NCBI GenBank assembly: GCA_964291495.2
Contig: OZ219871.1
Coordinates: 800,001-864,000 of the forward strand
Direction: 5' to 3'
From: Dehalococcoidia bacterium
Lineage (GTDB): Bacteria; Chloroflexota; Dehalococcoidia; UBA2979
DNA: 64,000 nt
The position numbers and the translations under genes were made by a program. The notes below the pieces were generated by a model. It was not told where the DNA came from. It searched no databases and saw only the letters and a program-made list of their open reading frames with translations. This document shows positions 44,596 through 55,421 of the stretch, piece after piece. The stretch's first letter is position 1, and the number at the start of each line of letters is the position of its first letter.

Positions 44596-46191
44596 TCATT
44601 CTGCAGGGGTGGTGAACGCGCGTTTCAATACCGCGTCCAGGTCTCTCCGGAACCCACCCTCGCGCCCAGCGACCGCTCCTAGAGCGGCAACGTCGTCCCC
44701 GAAAGGTTGACTTGGCCCCGGATAGAGGATGGCTGCGTACTCAACCACTCGCTGATCATCCTCTCCGCGTATTGCGTCGCGGTAGGCATGCATCTTGTCG
44801 ATGTCGGACTTCTTGGGACGTCCGGTCAAGCCCTCTTCGTCGTCATCGCGGTCTTCGCTGTCGAGCTTGTACTTGGGGTCGAACACGAACAGCCGTGGGG
44901 CCGAGTCGAACGCTCGAACTTCGAGAACGATATCGGGGCGCTGGGGGAAGCTCACCGAGCGCGGCCATCTGGTCCGACCGAATGTCCGCTCATGTGTGAG
45001 GGTTGCCTCCGTGCCTGACTCGTCATGCCGGTACCGCACGAGCGGCCTGCCCCCGGGAAGCACTTCAATGAAGAGTGCCGCTTGCCGCCGGCGGGACAGG
45101 CGCTCCTCAACAACTCGGAAGCCTCGTTCACCAGCCGCCTGGGTCACCGCGTCGACCAGCTCGAGCAAGCACCACCGCTGGTAGAGGTATGGGAGATTCT
45201 CCAAAGGGGCGTCGAGCGCATCGTCTTCAAGATGCACAGCGACGCTGCGTCGGAATTCGACCAGTCCGTCGAGAACGGCGCGATACTCGGGTCGATTGAG
45301 GAGCACCATCGTTAGGACGATGGGGAGGTCGCGAGGTGTATCAACCTCTGCCAGGAATGTGGCGGCACGCTCAGCGCTCCGGAGCTCGTTGCCCAGCGCC
45401 TCGAGCTCGGCGAGCACTGCCTCACGCTCGACGACCTCGGCGAGAAGTCGCCGGATCCTCGTTGCAACCTCTCGGGCGAAGGTCTTCAGGAGCCGGTTCT
45501 CGTACACATCGGCCGTGTGTCTGACTCGCTGATCGATGAGCTTGCGCAGCTCACCCTCTTCATTGACGTTGCCGGCTGCGGCAACGGCCAATGCAAGGCG
45601 TGCTGGTTGGGGGCGGCGGACGCGGTCCGCTCGCATCCATACGTCGTCGTTGCGGAAGATGCGATACGGATCTCGCGAGATGCTTCGGAGCGCTTGTGCT
45701 AGCCCCGGTCGTCCGGACGTCCCGCGTACAGCCCGCCGCAAGCGCAGGAGCTCCTGCGCAAGCGTGGACTCGCGACGCGGAAGCAATCGCAGTCCTTGCA
45801 GTGCCCCTAGGCGCTGGAGCCCGACCGCGATCGACGTTGGCAAACCTGACTCCAGAGCGTCTATCGTGCCCGCAAGAGCTTCTCTGTTCAGCTTCCCTGA
45901 CCGAATGGTGAAGGCGATCGAAGCCGAACCGGATGGCGACTCAAGCTCGATGAGGTAGTTGCCTGGCCCCGAGCGCGGCCACTCGACAGACACCCCGCCC
46001 TTCCAGGAGGGGGTCGCCTTCGCACTGCCGAACGCCTCTCCCTGCAGTTTGAGTTGCGCGCCCTGTGCTTCCCACTCCTCTGGGGTGACGCCTACCTCGA
46101 GCGTCGACGGCTCCCACTCACGGGGAGTGTCTATCGGCTGGCCCGACGCATCGACAAACCTCAGCTCAGGCGAAGTAGCTGACTGAACCAT
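44596..46191 (-). CDS. McrC-like DUF2357/PD-(D/E)XK nuclease
   Basis: DVYENRLLK; YQRWC; RPDIV...FDPKYK; KMHAYRDAI. Confidence 0.85.
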   Translation of the reverse strand: MVQSATSPELRFVDASGQPIDTPREWEPSTLEVGVTPEEWEAQGAQLKLQGEAFGSAKATPSWKGGVSVEWPRSGPGNYLIELESPSGSASIAFTIRSGKLNREALAGTIDALESGLPTSIAVGLQRLGALQGLRLLPRRESTLAQELLRLRRAVRGTSGRPGLAQALRSISRDPYRIFRNDDVWMRADRVRRPQPARLALAVAAAGNVNEEGELRKLIDQRVRHTADVYENRLLKTFAREVATRIRRLLAEVVEREAVLAELEALGNELRSAERAATFLAEVDTPRDLPIVLTMVLLNRPEYRAVLDGLVEFRRSVAVHLEDDALDAPLENLPYLYQRWCLLELVDAVTQAAGERGFRVVEERLSRRRQAALFIEVLPGGRPLVRYRHDESGTEATLTHERTFGRTRWPRSVSFPQRPDIVLEVRAFDSAPRLFVFDPKYKLDSEDRDDDEEGLTGRPKKSDIDKMHAYRDAIRGEDDQRVVEYAAILYPGPSQPFGDDVAALGAVAGREGGFRRDLDAVLKRAFTTPAE

Positions 46192-48427
46192 GCTCGTTGA
46201 AACGAATGCGCATGCGGCGTGCCTTTTCCGCACTCAGCGGGAAGCGCTCCCCGCATAGTTCGATGAAGCCCGCCAAGGATTGCTCGATACGTGGGTCGAT
46301 GCCGTGTACCTTCGGCAGCAGCTTCTGAAGCATCTGTTCGTCGAGAGCTGCCTCAACTTCCACCCCGATCGCCTCGGCTTCTTCTACGTAGTTTGTAATG
46401 TCGTCGATCACCCTGAACGCGAACGGCGCGACCTCATGCAGCGTGTCCCACGCAGACAGCAAGGCTTCGGCAAGCGGCGAGTCGCCAAGGTGCCCCTGAA
46501 TCGCCTCTCGCGGCGCTTCAAGTTCAACCAGCTGTGCCCGGTCGTAGACTTTGTCGGCGAACCCATGTGTGGTCTCGTCCACGTTGACGGTGCCGACGAA
46601 CCGGAGGTTCGGCGTGAGCCACACTTGCTCCTCTCCCAACTGGAGGGCCACCTTCGTCTCGCGTTGCCGGACTTCGAGCGCGGAGAGGAAGGTCGCGAAG
46701 TAATACTCAACGCGCGCAAGATTCATCTCGTCGAGCACGAGGTAGTAGGGAACCGCCTTCCGGCCCGCCGCATTCGCTGACTCCCACTCGTTGCCCGCTC
46801 TCCGTAGGAAGTCGCTGAACTCTGTGTCGTAGTAGGCCTCCCGAAGCGGGTTGAAATAGCCGAGCAGGTCCTCGTTCGTCGTCCAGTTGGGGGCCACCGC
46901 AACAAGGCACTGTTCGCCGGCGACAGCGCGCGCGTATGCCTGTGCGAGCCAAGTCTTCCCGGTCCCGGAAATGCCAGAGAGGATTACGAAGCCACGAGAC
47001 CGCAGCGACAAGTGCAAGCGTCGAAGCGTTCGGTCACTGATGACGAGACCCTCAGCGTCGATGCGCGACCGAATCGTTTCAAGGTCCGGCTCAACATAGT
47101 CAGCTGCCGCTTCACTCTGAACCTCTGGGTCGATCGAAACGCCCTCAGCGAGCTGCCGGAAACTGTCAGAAACCTTGGAGGCGAAGCCTTCAGAGAGCGG
47201 GTACAGATACCCCTGGTTGACGGAGCCGCGCCGATTGAATGGCCCGCGCTCCTCCTGACGCCACTCGATCGGTATGTCTCGCAGCGACACGGGGTCACTG
47301 AGTGCTTCCACGTGTACCTGGGCAAGCCTGCCATCGGGTTGCCACCCCTCCTTGGCCAACGCCGCGGGGATCTGCGAAAGCTCAGCGGCCTCTGCAACAC
47401 TCGAGACCGCTCGGATGTGCCCCGCCCAGTAATGGAAGACCCTATCGCCGACCGTAAGGTCGGCCATGTTCCGATGATGAGCTAGCTCCCTATCGCCCGA
47501 CTTGACCGGGGCCCACAAGTAACCCCCCTCGATCTCTTGTTCGTGCGTACCTCCTTGGTTCACCCACCAGTGGCGCCTCACGTGATCCGTCGACGGCTTG
47601 TCCTCGACGGCCTCTCGCTTCACTCGCTCCACCGTATGGACAAACTTCGACACATCACCCTGGACCTGCCCGCCGTCGAGGTCCGTGACCAAGGCGAATC
47701 TCCTGTTCTCTCCACCATCGTCGGCGACAATCTCGGAACCTTCGTAGCCGTCCCAGAAGGCACCGGGGCCGATTCCTGCTCGTCCTCCTCCAATCCGGCC
47801 TCGGTGAAGGAGTAGCGTATGTCCGGACTCAACCTCGCGTGCGAAGCATCCACCGATCCGCCGGTTCACCCCCGCAAGTGGTGAGTTCACCTCGCAGGTA
47901 ATCGAGGTCATGCCGCCGGGGCTTGGCTCCGAGGTCCCAAGCGCGTTCCAAAACCGGTTTCCCTCCGGCGCGACGCGGGACGCTAGCCAGACACTCTCGG
48001 CCGCAAGCCAGTAGGCAGTCTCCTCGACGGAGCCGCCCTGGAAGCCGAAGCGAACACCGTCGATCGGGACGGTTCCCCGCCGGAAGGCTCGGGCGAATGC
48101 TTCCTGAGCCTCTTGTATCTCGTCCACTGCCGAAAGCACGACCGCCGTAGGCGAGTCGAGCTGCGCAAGATTTGCCCTGGCGGCAGCGACGTCTTCGAAG
48201 TTCCAGAACTCGTAACCATTCGTGTTCGGAGAGGCGCGGCCTGGGTTGGCGCGGGTAATGACTGCCATAGCCGCGCCACTTGGCGAGGTGTAGGCACCAA
48301 CGCCATCAACCTCGTATTGACTGCCACCGCCAGGTCCGCGGACGATCCGACACCGATATTCGCTGCCCATGTACCCGGCGACCAGGACTACTCCGGGCGC
48401 TAGGAGTGAGCGTTCTTCTTGCTTCAT
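46166..48427 (-). CDS. McrB-like AAA+ NTPase with RAMA-like and EVE-like N-terminal domains
   Basis: GISGTGKT, LDEMNLARVEYYF, GTVNVDETT; N-terminal SPSGAA..V...NGYEFW; WWVNQG...GYLWAP. Confidence 0.88.
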   Translation of the reverse strand: MKQEERSLLAPGVVLVAGYMGSEYRCRIVRGPGGGSQYEVDGVGAYTSPSGAAMAVITRANPGRASPNTNGYEFWNFEDVAAARANLAQLDSPTAVVLSAVDEIQEAQEAFARAFRRGTVPIDGVRFGFQGGSVEETAYWLAAESVWLASRVAPEGNRFWNALGTSEPSPGGMTSITCEVNSPLAGVNRRIGGCFAREVESGHTLLLHRGRIGGGRAGIGPGAFWDGYEGSEIVADDGGENRRFALVTDLDGGQVQGDVSKFVHTVERVKREAVEDKPSTDHVRRHWWVNQGGTHEQEIEGGYLWAPVKSGDRELAHHRNMADLTVGDRVFHYWAGHIRAVSSVAEAAELSQIPAALAKEGWQPDGRLAQVHVEALSDPVSLRDIPIEWRQEERGPFNRRGSVNQGYLYPLSEGFASKVSDSFRQLAEGVSIDPEVQSEAAADYVEPDLETIRSRIDAEGLVISDRTLRRLHLSLRSRGFVILSGISGTGKTWLAQAYARAVAGEQCLVAVAPNWTTNEDLLGYFNPLREAYYDTEFSDFLRRAGNEWESANAAGRKAVPYYLVLDEMNLARVEYYFATFLSALEVRQRETKVALQLGEEQVWLTPNLRFVGTVNVDETTHGFADKVYDRAQLVELEAPREAIQGHLGDSPLAEALLSAWDTLHEVAPFAFRVIDDITNYVEEAEAIGVEVEAALDEQMLQKLLPKVHGIDPRIEQSLAGFIELCGERFPLSAEKARRMRIRFNEHGSVSYFA

Positions 48428-48724
48428 GGCAATGTCCGGTCAGCGGCATACAGAGGCCGCGGCAGTCAGCAGCGTACCGGTTGGGACTGCGGAAACGCGA
48501 GCGTCTGACGGAGCCAGCGCCGCATGCACGAGTACCAGAGTGCTCCGACCCTGCCGTTGCTGTGCTCAAGCCTCGCGGCGTGGGGAGGGCACTTCAGCTA
48601 TGAAGTCCCTCGCGGGGGATTCCTCTCGCGTGCCCGCTGCGCGACGCTCGCCATTCACGTTCGGAAGGCGACACGACGGATGTGTTCACTGTCGGACTCA
48701 TCAAACGGGGGCGAGAGCAGCGAC

Positions 48725-48964
48725 ATGGAGGAGACGCAGAACTCCGGGCACCCGAGCGCCGGCGACGAAGCGTCCGAGGACGAGATGACAGGACCGGTGG
48801 CGCCGAATCGCTATGCGGTCGTGCTCAAGACCGAGTGGCGGACCGGCCCCCGCACCCGCGCCTGGGACGAACTGTGGCGCTGGCTGCTCTCAGACGCTCT
48901 CCCTGACCCTCGTCAGTCCGGCATCCCTCGGTCTGATGGCGATGGGGAGCAGGACACGGCCTAA
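48725..48964 (+). CDS. Small protein upstream of the integrase (possible directionality factor)
   Basis: Short ORF with Trp-rich AWDELWRWLL; function inferred only from position; start uncertain. Confidence 0.45.
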   Translation: MEETQNSGHPSAGDEASEDEMTGPVAPNRYAVVLKTEWRTGPRTRAWDELWRWLLSDALPDPRQSGIPRSDGDGEQDTA

Positions 48965-49145
48965 CCGCTCCCGAACTCTCGCGGTCCGGTTGCCCGGAGG
49001 CTTTGGGCAGCGCGAGCCTTGCATCGTCCCGTGGCCTGGTGAACGATTGGGTCCGACCTCCCCGAGTATCGAGTCGGCTGGCACCAGAGGGCTCAGGTGC
49101 ACGAACGAGCAGCGAGAAGCCCCGGCCTCAACATGGGAGATGGCA

Positions 49146-50729
49146 ATGCGAGCGATCGTCTATTCACGCGTGTCGACCGACACACAAGAGCGCGACGGCA
49201 CTTCACTTGATACGCAGGAGCGCGCGTGCGTCGAACTCGCCGAGGACCGTGGGTGGCGCGTAGTGCGCTGCGTCCGCGACGCCGCCAGCGGAGGGGCGCT
49301 GGAGCGCGACGGCCTGGACGAACTGCGGGCGGCGTTGCAGCGGGGTGAGGCTGACGTCGTCGTCGCGTACGCGGTTGACCGCCTGTCGCGGAGCCAGAAC
49401 CACATCGGGATCCTGTTCGACGAGTTCGAGCGCGCCGAGGCGCGCCTCGAGTTCGTGACCGAGCGCTTCGAGGACACCGCGGTCGGGCGCTTCATCCTCG
49501 CCGCGCGCGCGTTCATCGCCGAAGTGGAGCGCGAGAAGATCGCGGAGCGGACCATGCGCGGCAAGGAAGAGCGAGCGAAGAGCGGGCGTATCCCCCAGGC
49601 GTTCGGCCGGGGCTGCTACGGGTACACGTACAACCCGGAGACCGGGCGCCGCGAGATCGATCCCTATCAGGCGGCGGTCGTCGGCCGGATCTTCGTGCGG
49701 TACGCGGCCAGCCGCAGCTTCTCGACCGTGGCCAACGAACTCAACGACGCCGGCATCCCTGCCTTCTCGGGAGGGCGCTGGTACGGGATCACGATTAGAC
49801 GAATGCTCCTCAACGAGGCGTACATCGGCCGCACTGTGTATCGCAGAACGAAGCGGGTGCGAGTGCGCGCTGCGGGAGCGCGCAGGCGCACCCGCGTGAT
49901 CGAGCGGCCCGAAGAGGAGCACATCGAGATTCCTGGCGCGACCCCGCCGATCGTTGACACCGAACTCTGGGATCGCGTTCAGGCGATCCTCAACGACCCC
50001 GAGCGAACGAATCGGCGCTCCACCGCGAAGCGCCAGTACATGCTGAGTGGCCGGCTGCGCTGCGGGCTCTGCAGCAGCGCGATGGTAGGGCAGACGCTCA
50101 CCTCGAAGGGTAAGACCTACTCGTACTACCGCTGCCGGCACGCCTACACCCGAGTCACCGGCCACCGCTGCGAGTCCCGCTACATCCGGGCGGAGGCGCT
50201 TGAGCAGGGGACTAGGGCTGAGGTGCGCAGTGTGCTCACCGAGCCCGAGCTTGTCCTGCGCGAGCAGCGCCGACTTGGCGAGACCGCACCCGACCCTGAG
50301 GAAGTCGAGCGGCTGGAGTCGGAGATGACCTCGCTGCGGAAGCGAGAGGAGCGGCTCGTTCGGCTCTTCGGCTACGACGAGGTGGACGGCGACGTAGTGC
50401 GTTCTGAACTTCGCCAGTTGCAGGGTCAGCGCGAGCTTCTCGCCAGCGAAATGGACGCCCTCACAGGTGTGGGGTCAGCGCTCGGTGCGGACGTTGACGA
50501 GGGTGACCTCAGACGGACCTGTGGCGCGATCGCAGAGCTCCTGGACGGCGCCGGACCGGAGGATCAGGACCTTGTCCTAGAGACGGTTCAGCTACAGATC
50601 ACGGCAACTCGCGATGAAGTGACGCTGGAAGGCGTTCTCCCGGTCGACGCGCCAGAATCTATCAGAACACCTCGTAAATCTAGTCAAAACGACCAGAAGT
50701 TTATCACCATTGAACAAACATCGGCATGA
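49146..50729 (+). CDS. Large serine recombinase (integrase)
   Basis: YSRVST catalytic Ser, DRLSR, recombinase domain, Zn ribbon CGLC...YYRC...C, coiled coil. Confidence 0.95.
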   Translation: MRAIVYSRVSTDTQERDGTSLDTQERACVELAEDRGWRVVRCVRDAASGGALERDGLDELRAALQRGEADVVVAYAVDRLSRSQNHIGILFDEFERAEARLEFVTERFEDTAVGRFILAARAFIAEVEREKIAERTMRGKEERAKSGRIPQAFGRGCYGYTYNPETGRREIDPYQAAVVGRIFVRYAASRSFSTVANELNDAGIPAFSGGRWYGITIRRMLLNEAYIGRTVYRRTKRVRVRAAGARRRTRVIERPEEEHIEIPGATPPIVDTELWDRVQAILNDPERTNRRSTAKRQYMLSGRLRCGLCSSAMVGQTLTSKGKTYSYYRCRHAYTRVTGHRCESRYIRAEALEQGTRAEVRSVLTEPELVLREQRRLGETAPDPEEVERLESEMTSLRKREERLVRLFGYDEVDGDVVRSELRQLQGQRELLASEMDALTGVGSALGADVDEGDLRRTCGAIAELLDGAGPEDQDLVLETVQLQITATRDEVTLEGVLPVDAPESIRTPRKSSQNDQKFITIEQTSA

Positions 50730-51837
50730 CGACGTGGGTGTAGCGGTCGTCGCCGACGGGGCGGAGAACGCCGGGGCTTGAGGGGGAGCTGGTCTCGACG
50801 GCGACGCGGTCGGCGTCGAGGACCTGCAGGACCTCGGTGAGGTAGCGGCTGTTGAAGGCGATCTTTGCCTCCTCGCCGTCGACGATGGCGTCCAGCTCGC
50901 CTTCGTTATTGCCCAGCTCCTCGGCGCGCGCGGTGATCAGCAGCCGGCCGGGCGCTCCATCCTCGCCCGGCGTGGCGACGAGCCGCACGATGCCGGACCC
51001 GTCGCGCGCGAAGATCGAGGCGATGCGCGTCTCACGCATGAACTCAGCGACGGCGATTTCGGTTCGCGTCGCGTGCGCGCTGGGAATCAGCTGGTCGTAG
51101 TTGGGGAAGGTGCCCTGAAGCAGCGTGGCGCTGAGCGTCGCGTGGCCGAGGTCGAAGAGCACCTGCGTGCCGACGGCGTTGAAGCGCATCTCGACCGGCT
51201 CGTCGACCTCCGCGAGCATCCGCGCCAGTTCGCCGAGGGCGCGCGCCGGCACGATCGCCTCCCGCTCGGGAGGACTGCCCTCAAGCTCCATCGTGTGGAC
51301 GGCGAGGCGGAAGCCGTCGGCGGCGGCGAGGCGCAGCTGCGACCCCTTGATTCCGAAGTGGACGCCGGTGAGCACCGGCCTCGAGTTGTCGGTCGCGGCG
51401 GCGAAGACCACCTGGTTGATCGCCCGGCGCAGCGCGGTCGGGTCGAGGGCGAGCGAGTCTCCGTCCTCGACGGGCGGAATGGGCGGGAAGTCGTCGGCGC
51501 TCTGGCCGCCGATGGAGGCCTCGTTGCGAGCGCAGGAGAGGCTGACCTGGCGCGAGCGTTCGGCAAGCGAGAGGTTGATCGGCTGCTGGGGAAGCGAGGC
51601 CACGAAGTCGGAGAGCAGCCGCGAGGGGAGCGTGATCGCCCCGGATTCCTCGATGTCGGAGGCGATCGTGTAGGTGATCGCGATCGTCTCGGCGTCGGTG
51701 GCCGAGAGCGTGAGATTCGAGTCGCCTGAATCGAGCAGGATGTGACCGGCGATGGGGAGGGACGAGCGCGCGGGTACGGCGCGCGAAACGGCGCTGAGCC
51801 CCCGGTGGAGGTCCTCTTGCTGGACCGTAAGCTGCAT
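50704..51837 (-). CDS. dnaN: DNA polymerase III beta sliding clamp
   Basis: SRPVLTGV, AADGFRLA, GTFPNY, IAFNSRYL, HVVMPM. Confidence 0.97.
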   Translation of the reverse strand: MQLTVQQEDLHRGLSAVSRAVPARSSLPIAGHILLDSGDSNLTLSATDAETIAITYTIASDIEESGAITLPSRLLSDFVASLPQQPINLSLAERSRQVSLSCARNEASIGGQSADDFPPIPPVEDGDSLALDPTALRRAINQVVFAAATDNSRPVLTGVHFGIKGSQLRLAAADGFRLAVHTMELEGSPPEREAIVPARALGELARMLAEVDEPVEMRFNAVGTQVLFDLGHATLSATLLQGTFPNYDQLIPSAHATRTEIAVAEFMRETRIASIFARDGSGIVRLVATPGEDGAPGRLLITARAEELGNNEGELDAIVDGEEAKIAFNSRYLTEVLQVLDADRVAVETSSPSSPGVLRPVGDDRYTHVVMPMFVQW

Positions 51838-51893
51838 AGGCGAGTCCGCCTCGCCAAACCGATCAAGCGCTGCGCGCGTGAGCCCGCCACGCG

Positions 51894-51922
51894 AGTATAC
51901 GGGTGAGCACTCGCCGAGGCAA
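51894..51922 (-). promoter_or_regulatory. Sigma70 promoter of dnaN
   Basis: TTGCCT-N17-TATACT on the minus strand. Confidence 0.7.
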
Positions 51923-51979
51923 TGCGCCCCCCTCTCCCCGAGGAGACATCTGCGAAACTCCCACAAGCCCGATCCGGCT

Positions 51980-52289
51980 CCCTCTCCCTGGGGAGAGGGC
52001 GGGGGTGAGGGGAGGACTCCCGCGCGCCTCCGAGAGCCCCGATGGCGCAATGCAATCCCGGAGGGCGGACCCTCCCTCACCCTAACCCTCTCCCTCGGGG
52101 AGAGGGCACCGGAGGGGGGCGCGACGGGCCCTCGAGGGCGGATCCGGCCCCCTCGGGGTGCTCCGTCGTTCGGCCGCCAAAAGCAGAGCCGGAATCCCCC
52201 TCACCCTAACCCTCTCCCGCCGGGGGAGAGGGGATCGAAGGGGGCACCCGGGATCGCCCTCACCCTATCCCTCTCCCTCGGGGAGAGGG
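51980..52289. repeat. Cluster of 4 REP-like palindromes CCCTCACCCTAACCCTCTCCC-N-GGGAGAGGG
   Basis: Copies at ~51980 (reverse), 52074, 52198, 52257. Confidence 0.85.
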
Positions 52290-52303
52290 GACCGGAGGGA
52301 GCG

Positions 52304-53623
52304 CTACGCCTCGGAGGCGGCCTCGCGGAGGGCGGTGGCTACGGCCTCGATGGTGCGCTCGATCAGCGCCTCGTCGTGGGCGAGGGAGACGAACCAGGCC
52401 TCGAACTGCGAGGGCGGCAGCATGACGCCACGGTCGAGCAGCGCGCGGTGGAAACGGGCGAAGCGCGCCGTGTCGCTCTCCGCCGCCTCGGCGTAGTCGC
52501 GAGGGGCCTCAGAGCGGAAGAAGCCGGTCAGCGCCGATCCGACGCGCGCGACCGCGAAGGGCACGCCCGCCTCGCGCGCCGCCGCGGCGACGCCGTCCTC
52601 GAGCCGTGCGCCGAGCGCCTCGAGGCGTGCGTAGGCGGTCTCGTCGGCCTGCAGCGTGCGCAGCGTCGCGAGGCCGGCGGCGGTCGCCAGCGGGTTGCCG
52701 GAGAGCGTGCCGGCCTGGTAGACGCCGCCGGCCGGGGCCATCTGCTCCAGCAGCTCGCGCGGGCCGCCGTAGGCGCCGACGGGCAGGCCGCCGCCGATCA
52801 CCTTGCCGAGCGTGGTGAGGTCCGGACGCACGCCGTAGCGACCCTGCGCGCCGGACCAGCCGACGCGGAAGCCGGTGATCACCTCGTCGAAGACGAGCAG
52901 CGCGCCGTGCGCGTCGCAGAGCCGCCGCAGCGCCTCGAGGTAGCCGTCGCGCGGCGGGACCACGCCCATGTTACCGGCGACGGGCTCGACGATGACGGCG
53001 GCGACGGCGTCCGGGTGCGCCTCGAAGATCGCCTCGACGGCCGAGACGTCGTTGTAGGGGGCGAGCAGCGTCTGCGCGGCGAAGGCGGCGGGCACGCCGG
53101 GCGAGTCCGGCAGCCCGAGGGTGGCGACGCCCGAGCCGGCGGCGGCGAGCAGGCCGTCGGAGTGGCCGTGGTAGCCGCCCTCGAACTTCACGATCAGGTC
53201 GCGCCCGGTGGCGGCGCGGGCGAGCCGCAGCGCGCTCATCACCGCCTCGGTGCCGGAGTTGACGAAGCGCACCATCTCCACCGAGGGCAGCGCCTCGACG
53301 ATCAGCTCGGCGAGCTCCAGCTCGGCCTCCGTCGGCGCGCCGAACGAGGTGCCGCGCGCCGCCGCCTGCCCCACCGCCTCGACGACGGCCGGGTGGGCGT
53401 GGCCGAGGATCAGCGGGCCGAACGATCCGAGGTAATCGACGTACTCGTTGCCGTCGGCGTCGGCGACGATCGCGCCCGCGCCGCGGTCGAGCACGACGGG
53501 GTCGCCGCCGACGGCGCGGTAGGCGCGCGCCGGCGAGTTGACGCCGCCGGGGAGCACCTCGCGCGCCCGCGCCATCAGCGCGCGCGAGCGTTCGAGCGAG
53601 CGGCCGCCGGCCTCGGCGCTCAC
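52304..53623 (-). CDS. hemL: Glutamate-1-semialdehyde 2,1-aminomutase
   Basis: [40 protein letters not shown]. Confidence 0.97.
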   Translation of the reverse strand: MSAEAGGRSLERSRALMARAREVLPGGVNSPARAYRAVGGDPVVLDRGAGAIVADADGNEYVDYLGSFGPLILGHAHPAVVEAVGQAAARGTSFGAPTEAELELAELIVEALPSVEMVRFVNSGTEAVMSALRLARAATGRDLIVKFEGGYHGHSDGLLAAAGSGVATLGLPDSPGVPAAFAAQTLLAPYNDVSAVEAIFEAHPDAVAAVIVEPVAGNMGVVPPRDGYLEALRRLCDAHGALLVFDEVITGFRVGWSGAQGRYGVRPDLTTLGKVIGGGLPVGAYGGPRELLEQMAPAGGVYQAGTLSGNPLATAAGLATLRTLQADETAYARLEALGARLEDGVAAAAREAGVPFAVARVGSALTGFFRSEAPRDYAEAAESDTARFARFHRALLDRGVMLPPSQFEAWFVSLAHDEALIERTIEAVATALREAASEA

Positions 53624-54426
53624 GAGGCGACCACGCTCGGAAGGGGCACGCCAAGCGCCTCCGCCAGCTCGGGGAGCGTGTCGATGGCGAGTGCCGGCCT
53701 CGGCAGATCCTCTGCCAACTCGGCGTCCTCGCTGCGGCGCACCCACGCGACGGGCAGCCCGGCGTTGCTGGCGCCCATCACATCGGCCTGCGGGGAGTCG
53801 CCGACGTAGAGCACCTCGGCGGGCTCGCACGCAAGGCGCAGGCAGGTGTCCCGGAAGACCGAGCGATGCGGCTTGTAGGCGCGCAGCGACTCGGAGCTGT
53901 GGATCACGGAGAAGCGCAGGCGGTTGTGCGAGACGGCGCTCTGCAGGAAGTCCTCGTCGGCGTTCGAGAGCAGGGCGAGGCGGTAGCCCGCGGCGTCGAG
54001 GGCGTCGAGCACCTCGCGCGTGCCGGGGTAGGCCGGAGCGTGGCTCAGCACCTCGCGGAAGTGGGTCGCGCCGGCGGCCGGGTCGCCCTCAAGGCCCTGG
54101 TCGTCGAAGACCCAGGCGAACTGGCGCCGCCAGATCTCCCAGGTGGTGATGAACTCGGGCACGGGGCCGTCGAGCATGTACTCGCGGTCCGGCTTGCCCT
54201 CGTCGTCGACGCGGTCGCCCCAGGGGCTGACGCTGTTCCAGGCCTTCTCGAAGCTCTTGGCGGTCGCCTCGAAGTCCTCGACGGCGAGGCCTTGCTGGTC
54301 GAGCGCCTGGCGCAGCGCGGCGCGGAAGTCCCAGTCGAGCAGGGTGCCGTAGCCGTCGAAGGCCACGGCGCGGATCGCGCCGGGGTCGAGGGCAGGCGCA
54401 GCCGAGGCGCCGTCGTCGCTCGTCAC
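53620..54426 (-). CDS. HAD-family hydrolase
   Basis: [18 protein letters not shown]. Confidence 0.9.
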   Translation of the reverse strand: MTSDDGASAAPALDPGAIRAVAFDGYGTLLDWDFRAALRQALDQQGLAVEDFEATAKSFEKAWNSVSPWGDRVDDEGKPDREYMLDGPVPEFITTWEIWRRQFAWVFDDQGLEGDPAAGATHFREVLSHAPAYPGTREVLDALDAAGYRLALLSNADEDFLQSAVSHNRLRFSVIHSSESLRAYKPHRSVFRDTCLRLACEPAEVLYVGDSPQADVMGASNAGLPVAWVRRSEDAELAEDLPRPALAIDTLPELAEALGVPLPSVVAS

Positions 54427-55421
54427 CGCGTCTCGCGTAGCCAGCGCGCCGCCTCCTTCGCGTGGTACGTGAGCAGGATGTCGGCGCCGGCGCGGCGGAT
54501 CGAGGTCAGCGCCTCGAGGACGGCGCCGCGCTCGTCGATCCAGCCATTGGCGGCCGCCGCCTTCAACATCGCGTACTCGCCGGAGACGTTGTACGCCGCA
54601 AGCGGCAGTTCGGTCGAGTCCCGCACCGCGCGCACCACGTCGAGGTAGGCGAGCGCGGGCTTCACCATGACGATGTCGGCCTGCTCCTCGATGTCGATCG
54701 CGACCTCGCGGACGGCCTCGCGCACGTTGGGCGGATCCATCTGGTAGCCGCGGCGGTCGCCGAACTGCGGGGCGGAGTCGGCGGCCTCGCGGAAGGGGCC
54801 GTAGAAGGCGGAGGCGTACTTCGCGCTGTAGGCCATGATCGGCAGCTGCGCGAAGCCGGACTCGTCGAGCGCCGCGCGGATCGCGGCGACCCGCCCGTCC
54901 ATCATGTCCGAGGGCGCGACCATGTCCACGCCCGCCTCGGCGAGCGAGACCGAGGTCTGGGCAAGCAGCTCGATCGCGGCGTCGTTCTCCACCTCGCCAC
55001 GGGCGTTGATCGGGCCGCAGTGGCCGTGGTCGGTGTACTCGCAGAGGCAGACGTCGGCGATCACGGCCAGCGAGGGGTCGGCCTGCTTGAGCGCCTCGAT
55101 GGCGCGCTGCGTGATGCCGTCGGTCGCCCAGGCGCCGCTGCCCTCGGCGTCCTTGTAGTCGGGCACGCCGAAGAGCAGCACCGCGCGCACGCCGAGCTCG
55201 TGCAGCTCGGCGGCCTCGGCGGCGAGCATGTCGGTGGAGAGCCGCGCCTGCCCGGGCATCGACTCGATCGGCTGCCGCACGCCTGAGCCCTCGGTGACGA
55301 AGAGCGGGTAGACGAAGGAGGCCGGGTCGAGGCGCGTCTCGCGCACGAGCCCGCGCAGCGCCTCGCTACTGCGCAGCCTCCTCGTACGCGCGAAGTCCCG
55401 CGTGCGCGTCGCGATGGTCAT
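54423..55421 (-). CDS. hemB: Porphobilinogen synthase
   Basis: [41 protein letters not shown]. Confidence 0.97.
   Translation of the reverse strand: MTIATRTRDFARTRRLRSSEALRGLVRETRLDPASFVYPLFVTEGSGVRQPIESMPGQARLSTDMLAAEAAELHELGVRAVLLFGVPDYKDAEGSGAWATDGITQRAIEALKQADPSLAVIADVCLCEYTDHGHCGPINARGEVENDAAIELLAQTSVSLAEAGVDMVAPSDMMDGRVAAIRAALDESGFAQLPIMAYSAKYASAFYGPFREAADSAPQFGDRRGYQMDPPNVREAVREVAIDIEEQADIVMVKPALAYLDVVRAVRDSTELPLAAYNVSGEYAMLKAAAANGWIDERGAVLEALTSIRRAGADILLTYHAKEAARWLRETR

Larger units (their letters stand above)
3195..50727. mobile_element. Integrative conjugative element (~47.5 kb) inserted in the 3' end of dnaN
   Basis: Flanking att duplication, terminal large serine recombinase, VirB4/VirB6/pilin/T4CP/relaxase genes, XRE-Cro switch, lower-GC defence cargo at both ends. 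Confidence 0.92.

Noticed and set aside
51838-52303. Possible oriC or extended dnaN N-terminus
   Set aside because: No dnaA, DnaA boxes or AT-rich unwinding element; the region holds REP-like repeats and a promoter
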